DNA of 63,987 nucleotides, the filler included, from Chrysochromulina tobinii (taxonomy: Eukaryota): assembly GCA_001275005.1 (NCBI GenBank). It is 6 parts of 6 records of this genome, joined end to end, with 100 filler letters (N's around TTAATTAATTAA, not from the genome) between each part and the next. Parts side by side here need not be neighbours in the genome. Positions count along the whole stretch, not along the records: positions 34,630 to 40,044 come from JWZX01001390.1; positions 40,145 to 56,993 come from JWZX01001391.1; 4 more parts are not named here. One strand, given 5' to 3'. The position numbers were made by a program, and so were the translations under genes. Under the pieces are notes generated by a model, which made no database searches, had not been told where the DNA came from, and saw only the letters and a program-made list of their open reading frames with translations. Every line of letters begins with the position of its first letter. Positions within the stretch are counted from its first letter, which is position 1. Below are positions 34,630-48,136 of this stretch, in pieces.

Positions 34630-37600
34630 TACCTAGAGGCGACGGGTTGGAGTTGCACCCGGTCACGCCCGACAAGATGAGGCTGATCTCGACCATCTTG
34701 CCGTTGCGGCACGCCATCTTGGAGAGGTTCACGAGGGCCGCATTTGCTTCTTGCCGGCGGCGCCCGAGCACGTCGCCATTCATCACCCCCACGCCCGCGT
34801 CGGCGTCTGCGTCCCCACTGGACGATGCAGCGTAGACCTCGTTCAGCTTCTCCCTTAAAGCTTCTCCCTCAAGCGCCGAAACTCGGGGCGCGTGAGGAGC
34901 TTGAGGAGCTTGGGAGATTGCTCAATGAGCCGACGCAGATACAAGGGCGCCAGCGAAGGAGGCGGCTTGCGCGTGTTGAAGAGGGACTCGTGGACTACGA
35001 GCTCAAGGGTGAGCAGCTTCATGAGATCCTCATGCACCGACGCTTCGATCAGCACGTCGATCACGGTCGGCGCAACGTCCGCGCCATCCGCCGCCTTTGT
35101 CGCCGAGGTGTCGTTGGTACTCAGAGGCACGAGGAGTGAGTCGGCGAGCGCTTTCAAAGTGGCTCGGTCAACTGGGCACGCCGCTGCTGCTGCGGTGTTC
35201 CAATCCTGTCCGAGGCAGGACGTAGGCGGCGCCGCAGGCAAGGGCGCAGGCGAAGGCGCTGGCGGTGGCGCTGACGGAACCTCGAACATCGGAACGGTCT
35301 GGCCGCTAGACCACGTGCAGAGCCGCTGGCCAAACGGCCCATAAGTGCCAGCAAGCGTGCTCGTCGACCAAATAGCGCCGGAGGCCGAGTCGTCGCCCGC
35401 GGCCGCCTCAGCCTCGGTGGCAATCGCTGGCAGCTTGCGTCGGCGAAGCTCAAGTACGAGCGCTCGCTTGTCGATTGGACGAAAGCGTTCGTCGGCCTCG
35501 ACTGGCGCCGGTGGCTGGATGTCCATGTCGAGGGTGAACCCAATGTGGCGCTTTGCGTCCTCCTCGTGGAGCCTTGCAAACACGCCAGGGTCGTGGTCGA
35601 CAGACATTGGGTCGTAACCGCCTGCGTAGCAGTTGCTGCAGCGCCAGTTGACCGACACGTGCTTTTCGACGGGCGCGGCCGGCGGAGTCGCGCCAACGGC
35701 GCACGGCGAGCAAACAGCACCGAGCAGCCGCAGCTGGGCGATCGTGGTCATGGGCACCGGGTGCGGTCGCCAGCATGCCATGCGGCAGAAAAACTTGCCG
35801 CACTTGCCGGATGTGCACGTGTGGCAGTGCACGTGCTCGTTGCGATTCATCTGTGTGATGCGCGCCGAATGCACAAAGTCGTCGAACGCGGCAGCCTGGG
35901 TAGCCGCGTCGGCCCTGAAGCTGGCAGAAGCGGGCAGAGGCGCGGCGGCATCGAGTCGTTTCTGCACCTTGAGCGTCGACTGCAGCTCTGAGATTGTGTG
36001 GTACTCGAGCGGCGCCTCGCCCGTGATGTGCGAGTCGATCGCTGCGCACGCAGCGCGCTGCAGCTTCGGGTACGGCGCGACGTCGGCGAGGAGCTCGGGC
36101 GAGAGGGCCCCGTGGCTCTTGCCGTGTATGTGCTGCGCATCTCGCTTGTTGCACTCAGTCACGTCCGACCAGAAGGCCGAGATGCCACCTATGCCTTTGA
36201 CCGCCTCATCGGAATCGAGCCGGACCGACTTGATGCGTTCGAGATCGTGACCAATCAAGTGCGTGATCACTGTGCCGATCCGCGAGTGGAACACCGCGGC
36301 AGTGGCCACCGGGTTGGCGTAGGCTGCACGCTGGAGCATCGGCTCGGTCATGTCAAAGTGGCCGACGACGCGCTCGGAGCCCGTCTGGCCGCGCAGCGCC
36401 TTCAGGAAGTCGTCCGGCACAACGGTCGGAAACTCGGACACGGAAGTCGACGAATGCATGTACCGGATCGTGAGCGGGTCGTGGACATCATCGGGCGCCA
36501 AGGAGGTGAATTGGCTGCCGTGGCCCGCGTACCGGCTCAGGTTCAGGAGCCAGGTAATCTCGGAGGCGCGCTCCTTGGAGCTCCAACGCATCTTCGAGGC
36601 GCTCAACGTGATGAAGTTGACCAATCGCGTCAGCAGCTCTGTCGCCTCGGGAGATTTTGGGTTCGCCTGTGCTGCGGCGAGCTTCTTAGGGAACTCGGGA
36701 TCACGGATCACCTTGCTGTACTCGTCGAATGCGGCCGGGCTCGAGTGCACTCTGGACGCCACGGATTTGTTGACGTCATGTCGCATCCGAACGTTCGCCA
36801 GGTGGAACAGAAGGGACATGGACTGGGCGAAGCGCACATCGTAGAAAAGCACCATGCGCTTGAGGTCACGATCCGAGAGAGGCGTACCCCGCTGGAACCC
36901 CTGCCGCAGCGGGAACAATGCCCACCATCCCCCATAGAGCCCCTCGGCGGCGTCCGAATAGTCGCTGAGAGGTTGCTCGTCGCGACCGATGAGAAGCTCC
37001 GGAGCCCGCGCTGCATCGACACCTGTGGGGGCGACGACCCTTTTGCCGCGCCCTCCGCCCGTGCTTTCGTCGCTGCCGAGTCCACTGCTGTCGCAACCGT
37101 CACCGCCGTCTTCGCCTCCAACGTTTTCGCCATTTCGCACGAGCTTGGCGAGGCTGTCGAAATAGAGCTTCAGCTCCGAGCCGCCCTCCTGGAAGACGCC
37201 AGCGTACACATGCTCAACAGCGTTGGCGTCGTCTCCGGCGTCGAGCGCAACCCCGTCAGCGTGAGCAGCGTCCATAGCGCCAATGCGCACGTTGTGCACG
37301 TCGTTCGCGGCAGCCGCGCGCGCCTCCAAGCGACGCGAGACATCGCCGTCGAGCAAAGTCTGCTTCGCGACGTGCGCCGATACGCGTGCCTCGAGCCCGA
37401 GCGCGCGGAGCGACTCCACTGACACGCCAGGCGGATCACCCCCATGAAGCAAGAACCGGATGCGGAGCGCGTTCAGGAGCACCGCGGGCGCCAGACGCAG
37501 GTCGGGAACCATGAGCGCCGTGCGCTCGAGGGTTGAGCGCCTGCCCTTGGGTCCGACAAAGATGCACTGAACGCGCTCGAGAGCGGCATCCAGCGCAGCG

Positions 37601-39669
37601 CTGCCGTCAAAGGGCCCGGGCACACGAGTGCTGCCGCCGACGATCACGTGCTGCGGGAACACGATCGTGTTGCTCTTCAGCCGCACACGTGCGGCACCTT
37701 GGTCCTCGGTAGGTGAGACCACCTTGACGGTGATGTGGTACATGCGCGTCTCGGCGAGCATGAGCTGCTCGAGCGTTGACACGTCACCGAGGTCAACGAG
37801 CACGTTGTCAAGGCCGCCTGCAACGCGCGTGCGTCCGAGGTCGTGCCCGGCGGCAAAGGAGCCGGGAGGTGCGTCGGCGCGGTAAAAGTCAGGATTGTGC
37901 CTCACAAAGTGCGCCGATAGGTGTTTTGGAGCGCTGGGGCCGTCACACTCGTAGCACGGCTGCTCGGATGATGCGCTGCGCCGGCGGCAGCATGACGAGC
38001 AGAGACTGTGATGGCCGTTTGCATCCACAGCCTCCGCCGCTGCATGGAACCATGAGTCGCCTCGGCGCACCAAGTGATGGAAGGCGCTCCGGCGCACGCA
38101 CACCGATGAGAGCGCATCATGCGAGCGCGGGTTGACGACGATGTCAATCTCTCGGGGCTCCCGATCGCCAGACAGCATGGCGTCCTCCTCGGCCGCGTTC
38201 GGATCGTACCGATCGAGGAGCTCGACGGCCCCCTCAGGCACTCGCATCCAATGGTCTGGAGGCAAGCGCTCGAGTGGGAGCGCCGCCCGTCGAGTTGCAT
38301 CGTACGGATCTACTACGAGCGTGTACTTCTCATCGGGCGACCGGTAGCCGCACCCGGCGCACACGACCATGGCCTCGCAGCTCTCGCGCGCCGAAAGCAC
38401 GGCACTGAGCATCTTCGAGACGTCTTCGGAGGAGAGGTGGGCGTACTTGAGGATGTCCTCGTGCGTATCGCACTGCGCCGCCCACTCCTCGAGCCGACGA
38501 GCGTCCTCAAGAGTGAAGGGACGCGGCGCCATCCCGGGCGCGTCGCTCGCCATGATGCCCGCCGCGGTGGCCGCCTCGAGGATGCCCGCCGCCGCCAGGT
38601 CGAGAGACTCGGGCCGCAGGCGCTGCGAGGAGAAGGTGAACATGGATGCGTTCGTTGCGCACAGGTCGTCCAGGAAGCTCTGCTCGAGAGCGCCGGCGGG
38701 CAGCATTGCACGCGCCTGCCAGCGCTGCTGGATGAGTGCAACCGCGCTGGACTGCACAGACTGCTGCGATACGCCGCGGTCATCGAGTCCGAGTTCGACG
38801 CGTACGTGATGCCAAAGACTAGCGATGGCAAATACGCTCAGCCCCTTGACCTCCCTGCCGCATCGTAGGACCAGACGCTCGTCGGCGTTCGCGAACGCGC
38901 CGACCGTCGTCCACGGCTCTGCCGTGGTCAGCGCGACGCCCCACGCACGCACGCGCTCGATCTTTGTGCCTCCCCAGCCTTGAAAGCGACCTGCGAGCGC
39001 CGAGAGCGGCATCTCGCTGAGCGAGTTGACGTCGTCGATCCCAACGGACTGGCGCGCCTTTCGCCGTCTGGCAACTTCCGCATCACGTAACTGTGAATCG
39101 GACTGGCGCGCCTTTCGCTTGCGCGCTGCGTCCGCAGCCCGCGAAGCTGCCTGCGACTCTGATGGTGCACCGTCTTGCGCGTCGAAATTTGCGGCGCCAA
39201 TCGCTGCATTGTGCTTCTTGCAGAATTCGTTGCGCAGTTTGCAAAGTGCTGCGGCAGAGATGCCTGCCTTCTCGCTCCTCAGCCGCACTGCAACAGCCTC
39301 GATCGTCTCGGCAGTGGCTTCGACGAGGTCGATCGGCTGCGCCCACTCTGGGCAGAGGTCGACGAGCTTGTTGGCCTTGGCGCTGCCCCAGCCAGGCACC
39401 AGGAAGACGGCCTCGCACATCGCGGCGGGCACCTGCGCCCACGTCCGCGCCTCCCATGCGATGATCGTCCTCGGTGCAACCCCTGTGGCAACCTTCTTGG
39501 CCACGCTAGCCTGCAGCGCGGGTGCCTCCTCCTCCTCCGCCGACGACGACGAAGAGTCGTCGAGCTGCTTGAAGCGCCGTGCTGCAGGCGGCGCGGCCGG
39601 CTGCGCGGTCGCGACGGCGACCATCGGCGCGTGCGCGTGACGGAGTGCACTCGCCATCGCGTCGCGCAA
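34630..39669 (-). mobile_element. Helitron/Helentron-like rolling-circle transposon Rep ORF (intronless, frameshifted near 34855, truncated by the gap)
   Basis: DUF6570-like VSTLEQLMLA..LKSNTIVFPQ; YDVRFAQSMSLLFHLANVRMRH; motif-1-like QFTSLAPDDVHDP; NPVATAAVFH; HUH motif VTECNKRDAQHIHG; HVHCHTC..CRMACWRP. A downstream frame continues with RNGKMVEISLILSGVTGCNSN. Confidence 0.75.
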
Positions 39670-40044
39670 TGTTGCGATTGCGCTAAAGAAAGTCCAAGTG
39701 CGCGCTTTTTCCGTTGCGAATTCGAAGCTGTGAATCGAAGCCGTGAAAACGAATCGCTACCGCCGAACTTAGATTGTGTTAGATCGTGTTAGAATGTAAA
39801 GACGGGTACATTCAACATTGTACAAGCGGTGCAAGCGAACCCCCGGCGCTCGCCCTCGAAGAAGCCCGCGGAACTCACGCACCCGGACCCGGACAGCGGA
39901 AACCGCGGACGCCACCTACGGACGCCTCCCACGCAGCCGCAGCCGGGCGGATCGGCGGCGGGCGCAGGCCTGCGGCGCACGCCGCAGCCGCGCCGACATC
40001 GGTGCGAGGCAGCAGCCTCTGTGGGTTACGCACATGCACCAGGC

Positions 40045-40144
40045 NNNNNNNNNNNNNNNNNNNNNNNNNNNNNNNNNNNNNNNNNNNNTTAATTAATTAA
40101 NNNNNNNNNNNNNNNNNNNNNNNNNNNNNNNNNNNNNNNNNNNN
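40045..40144. other. Artificial contig-joining spacer
   Basis: N/TTAATTAATTAA/N, 100 nt. Confidence 0.97.
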
Positions 40145-42293
40145 GGCGGACGTGGCGGCAGCGACGGCGGACGTGGAGGCCTCGTATCCGACCAGTGGGC
40201 TGCTTGCACGTCTTCGAGCCCTCGCCAAGGCCGACGACCAGGCGGTTGGCGTCGTGATGGGCGCGGGCGGCGCTCGAGGCGCAGCCCTCATGGCGGCCGA
40301 GAAGCCCCTGATGGTGTTCAAGATCCCAGTCGAGCGCCTGCTCGTGCCCTTTGCTGCCTCGGTCGGCAAGGCGGTCGAGCTCTTCACCGCCCTTGACAAG
40401 GCCTTGTCGGCGGCGACGTTGGAGGGCCATCCCGAGGTGCAGCCAAAAGGTGTCGTGCGTCGCGCCGCGTTTCGTCACGCGCTGCCGGAGCTCCACATCT
40501 CGGCCAGCCGCCAAGAGGCAGATGCGCTCTTCGATGAGCTCGATGTGCGAGGTGAGGGCGAGATCGCGATCTCCGAGCTCGAGCGCGTGACACTACGGAA
40601 GGTGAGCGGCTTGCTCCCGAGTGCCGCCAAGCTCGCGAAGGCGAAGGCGAATGGCAAACGAAGCCGCGCTACGATCTCTACGGAGGAGGCAGACAACCAA
40701 CCCGAACCCCTCAACCCCGCGCGATCTCGTGCAGCCAACGACATGGAGACCCTCGGCTCCGCCTACTACCTGCCTCAAATCGACCCTCGACGCACCAAGG
40801 CCATCCACATTGCCCCCGTGGTCGATCCTGTACGCCACTTCCCGTCCCTTGGAGGGGGTCTCGCGCCTCCGCTCGTCGAGGATGCGATCCGGTACGCCTC
40901 CGCGACGCCCACCGTGCAGTCGGTCCAAAATCTTAGGCATCCGATCCAAATTTGGCAGCCGATCCATAATAGGCAGCCGCCCCACGCGGAAAACGGGCCG
41001 AACACCGATCCACTGCTCACCGCCAAGGGTGGCGCCCGGGTGCGCGCCGAGATGGGCACGCGGGTCCGCGCGCCGCCGGTTCGCCCATCGCACGCGGCAA
41101 CCGCGGCCGCGGGAGCAGGGGTGGCTATCGGCGGAGTGAAGCCGGTGAGAGCGGGGGCGAGAGGGGGGATGGCCGGTGGCGAGGCCGGTGGGGGAGGGGG
41201 GAGGGCCGGGGACGAAGCGGCCGCGCAACACGGGTCGCTCCAGCTGGCTGCGCCGAGCGCCAGCAGCACCGGCGACCATGCCGACCATGCCGCCGCCGCC
41301 GACACTGCCGCCGCCGCGTTTGCCCTACTGGAAGATGATGAGAATCACAATCAGAGGGCATCAGAGGCTGATGAGAAGCGGGAGATCGAGCCGCCGCAGC
41401 AGTTACGGATCCAAACGCTCAAGACGGCACTGAGGGTCGAAGAGGACAGCCAGCAGCAGCATCAGCAGCAGCAGCAGCGGCAGGCTGCTCGAGGTGCGAT
41501 TGCGCTGAGCCCTCGTCAGCGACGCGCACGCCTGAGGAAGAAGTCGCCGTCACGGACCCTCGGCGGTTTCCCCATCGCTCCTTCGCCCTCTGGCGCGCCG
41601 CCTTCGGAAGCTGCCGTCTTGCATCATCTTCTCCCATCGCCACCCCGGAGACCCGTCGTGGGCAACATGCGCGACATGCCCCTCAAGCGCTACATGCCCT
41701 CCAGCCCCGAGAAGCTGCGGCTGGACCCCCAGAAGCTTCCTAATTTGGACCAGAAGCTTCCGTATGCCGTCCCCGCCGACGTTCCCTCGTCGCCCCGTCC
41801 AAAGCGCCCACCCGCCGTGCCTAATCGCCGGCTGCGTGACCCAATTGACGAAATCGTCGATCGTCAGCCCAGCCCAGCCTCCTCTCCTATGAAGCCCTCT
41901 CCTATGAAGCCCAATGCGCCGCAACGGCCCTCAGCAGCGCTCGCCTATGCGAAGAGCGCCTATGCGGGCGCCGGCGGCAGCTACAGTGCGCGCGTCGACG
42001 CCGGTGCTCATCAGCACTCGCCTCTACGCGATCGCCTCCCGCCGCCCAATCGGCACGACTCGAACCCCCCCCGCCATCTCGACACCTCGCGCATCTGGGT
42101 CGAGGCGGAGCTGCAGATGATCCAGCAGGTCCAGATGGTGCACCAGGTGCAGCAGCAGCAGCAGCAGCAGCTGTCGGTAGCCATGCAGCGTATCCATCAA
42201 CTCGAGGCCCTGCTACCGCCCGAGGCGCTCGAGGGGCTGCCTGCCGCACTTGATCCACGTGTGGGAGTCTCGGGCGCGCTCACTGTGCGCTGA
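40145..42293 (+). CDS. Hypothetical protein with an EF-hand-like motif and Pro/Gln-rich low-complexity regions (5'-truncated)
   Basis: 713-codon ORF; ADALFDELDVRGEGEIAISEL resembles an EF-hand; poly-Q tracts. Confidence 0.6.
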
Positions 42294-42949
42294 GGCATGG
42301 CGCGTACCGACACTCTGTGGGGACGCATCGCGGCTCCCCACAGCCCAACACACGTCTCAATCTCGGTCTCAATCTCTCAGAAGGTTTTACTCTCACTCGG
42401 TCGTAACTCGGTCGGGGGGCGATACTCCATAGTACGACCTCCAAGAGCGCCAACTCTCAGTGTAGTTCGGTAGGTCCGTTAATTTCGGAGTTCATATCGT
42501 ATACCCGACCGTGAGACCGCGCGGTGTCGTGCGTTACAGCACGACCGCGCGGATCCGATCTGGATCTGACTCGGAGCCACCCGGCACCCGCGCGCCGCGG
42601 CGGAGCGTCGAACGGGGAACGGCCGGCGCCGGGCGGTGACGCGCCACGCGGCCGAGGGCCGTGGGCCGTGTCTTGCTCTTGGTGAAACAGCGGCGTGGAC
42701 GTGAGCTCTGAGCCGTGCGGTGTTCGAGGTGCGATCACGTGTGCGATGCGGATTGGTCGAATTGACAATTGTGACGTGATAGGCTCGGCGACCGGCGACA
42801 ACGCAACCGTACCGCACACACTCGAAAAATGCGATGTGTCGCCGATATTGTACGCGTCAGTGGGACGACGCTCCCCGTGCCACGACTCCGCCTGTCCCTC
42901 GAACAAGGCAGTCCGCCCGACTGTCCGTCGAGCCCTAGTCGAGCCCTAG

Positions 42950-43084
42950 TCGGGGACTATCTCGGCGACTATCTCGGGGAGTGACGAATCTCGTCGAGCC
43001 CTCGTCGAGCCCTCCGTTCGTCGAGAGCACTCCCCGAGATAGTCGCCGAGATAGTCCCCGAGCTCGACGAGATTCGTCACTCCC
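42950..43084. repeat. Interleaved perfect inverted repeats (34 nt and 23 nt)
   Basis: 42950-42983 is the reverse complement of 43028-43061, and 42977-42999 is the reverse complement of 43062-43084. Confidence 0.9.
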
Positions 43085-43112
43085 TTCGCCGAGAGCACTC
43101 CCGAGGGCCTCC

Positions 43113-45909
<2,797 letters not shown>

Positions 45910-46128
45910 CCTTGTTACCGGTATGCGGACCCGATGCGAGAATTCATCATTTTCCCAAACCGTATCCGTTCAGTTATTTGCCTCGTATGCAGCGAGAGTG
46001 TCTTGTTGCGTGCGGGCCTGTTTCGAGAAGAGGGGGCAGTTTTTCCAACTTGTGGAGGTCATACTTTTGGACTCGCGCAACATTCGCACGTCTTGATCAA
46101 CTACGACCCTGCCCTGCCGGAGGAGCGA

Positions 46129-46856
46129 ATGGGCGTGGGGTATAGCGTTTACTTCACCAAGGAGGAGCTCGAGGAGTACGAGTTCGTTACATGCCTCACC
46201 TCTGCTGACATCCTCGACCTGTATCGCAAGTTTAAGCTGCTGGGCGGCCACCGGGCTAAGGAGAGTGCCCCAGCGGGTGATGTGGAGCGCAATGGCGAGA
46301 AGAAGGCGCCCCTTAAGGCGCTCCTGAGCCAGAAGGAGTTCATCTACAACCCCTTTGCCCGTAAGCACGCCTCCGCCGAGCGCGCCGCGGCCTGAGTTGT
46401 GCGCATGTGTGGTTTGCGGACGCCGCGCTTACGCCGAGCCCCCGCCCGCTCGCAGAACGCCTTTGCGAGGTCTTCTCCTCCGAGCCCGCGTTCTCGCCCA
46501 CCTGGGGCGACCTGAACTTCGACGAGTATGTCGACATGTACAACTGCCTCTCGCCGGACGCCCCCAAGGATGTCAAGATGAAAACTGCCTTCCGGCTGTA
46601 CGACTTCGATGGCAACGGGTACCTCACGACCGAGGACCTCGAGTGGCTGCTGCGCACGATCGCGACGCCGCCGGGCAAGAAGTCGGGCAAGCCGCGCAAT
46701 TGCCTCTTCGAGCAGCACGAGATCAACGACATTGTCGAGCGCGTCATGCGTGACTGCGACATTGACGGCAACCACCGCCTCTCATATGCTGAGTTCTCCA
46801 AGGTGCTCGACCGTGTCCCTGGCTTCACGACCAGGTTTTGCATCGATATCAACTAA
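46129..46856 (+). CDS. CIB: Calcium- and integrin-binding (CIB)/calcineurin-B-like EF-hand protein (intron 46361-46455)
   Basis: MG start; FTKEELEEYEFVTCLTSADILDLYRKF; NPF..RLCEVFS; KMKTAFRLYDFDGNGYLTTEDL; DIDGNHRLSYAEF. Confidence 0.85.
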
Positions 46857-47294
46857 GCCCATCGTAGCTCTAGATGAGGGTCGAGACGGCGCGGCGCTCA
46901 AAATACAAGGCGAACCGGAGAGAGTACAGATAGAGGCATGAGCGCATGACGTCAAGACAACCCAAGAGCGAAGAGGGCGTGTTGCAAACGCCGAGGCGGA
47001 CCCCTTTCGTTTACCTAGTGCATGAAAATAGCATGAACATGTCGACTGCCATACTATACCCGCGCTCCGCGGCCATGGTTGCGTCGCCCTCCGTCGCCCG
47101 ACGGCTCGGGCTGGGGTCCCGCTGGTGACGCCGTGGCTGTTAACGTGACCGCTGTCGCCGGCGCCGCGCCGGGCAGCGCAGTTCGAGTCCGATGATTGGC
47201 CGCGGCACGACGCGATGTGGCCGGCGGCACTCGCCTTGCGCAAGTCTCTGCTGGAGAATAGATCTATGCGCGCGCGCGCCCGAAGCAACGAGCT

Positions 47295-47975
47295 CTAGCG
47301 CAAAAATAGTGTGAGCACCAGCGTCGTCACTGCGGAGCCAGCCAGCGCGGCCCACAGGAGCTTCGAGCGCTCCGACATTTCGCCAGCGCACTGACGTGCG
47401 AGGGCTTCGTGCGCATACACGTCTCGGCCATATGCTTCTGCGTCCCAGGGATAACAATTCCAACAGTTCGGTACATGCTCACCAGCAATGTAAGTGATAT
47501 CCTCAGGCAGCACGCCTTTCTTCGGCTTCAGCTTATTGTGCACGACCAGCACACCGATGGCCGCCGGCGCGTTGTGCTTCTTCAGCTCCTCCACCGCATA
47601 CTGCAGGGTCGCGCGAGTGTCGTCCACCTCGTCTACAATTAAGACGCGCTTGCCCCGGACCAAAGCTCCGAATGTGCCCGGCGTCTCGTCAAACCACTGC
47701 TTGCGAAGAACCGTAGCGTTGGCCGTCTTTGTTGCATCGTCGTATAGCTCCAGCGAAACGGCCAGAATAGGCTTCTTCACCTTTGTGCGCAGCATCCTAG
47801 CCGGGATGAAGCCGCCGCCGCCGATGGCCACGAAAACATCGGGTGCGAACGCCTCAACTTCGGGGACGCAGCGTGCGACGGCGGTCGCAACCTGCGCGTA
47901 CGAGAAGTAGCATTTACCATCGGCTGCAAGCGAGCGGCGAGCCTTCTCGCCGGGATCCTGCTTGGCCTCCGGCAT
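47295..47975 (-). CDS. Xanthine/hypoxanthine phosphoribosyltransferase (yeast XPT1/HPT1-like) with C-terminal hydrophobic tail
   Basis: VAIGGGGFIPARMLR, PRPP loop VLIVDEVDDTRATL, VVHNKLKPK, YPWD. Confidence 0.85.
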   Translation of the reverse strand: MPEAKQDPGEKARRSLAADGKCYFSYAQVATAVARCVPEVEAFAPDVFVAIGGGGFIPARMLRTKVKKPILAVSLELYDDATKTANATVLRKQWFDETPGTFGALVRGKRVLIVDEVDDTRATLQYAVEELKKHNAPAAIGVLVVHNKLKPKKGVLPEDITYIAGEHVPNCWNCYPWDAEAYGRDVYAHEALARQCAGEMSERSKLLWAALAGSAVTTLVLTLFLR

Positions 47976-48136
47976 GTAACTCGCTCGCTCGGCGGACCTC
48001 CGTTCCCCACTAAAACTATTGAAGGCTGAGAATTGGCTGTGAACAATTCGGGTCCCAGCAATGAATGGCCTTTTTTGGCGCACTTTATCATCGTCGCACG
48101 AGGTACATCCAAGTCGTCTCTCGCACTGCTACAGAG

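Noticed and set aside
34630..39669. The Helitron as the mobiliser of the new introns
   Set aside because: It is on a different contig, I noticed no sequence shared with the cassettes, and Helitrons typically make no target-site duplications.
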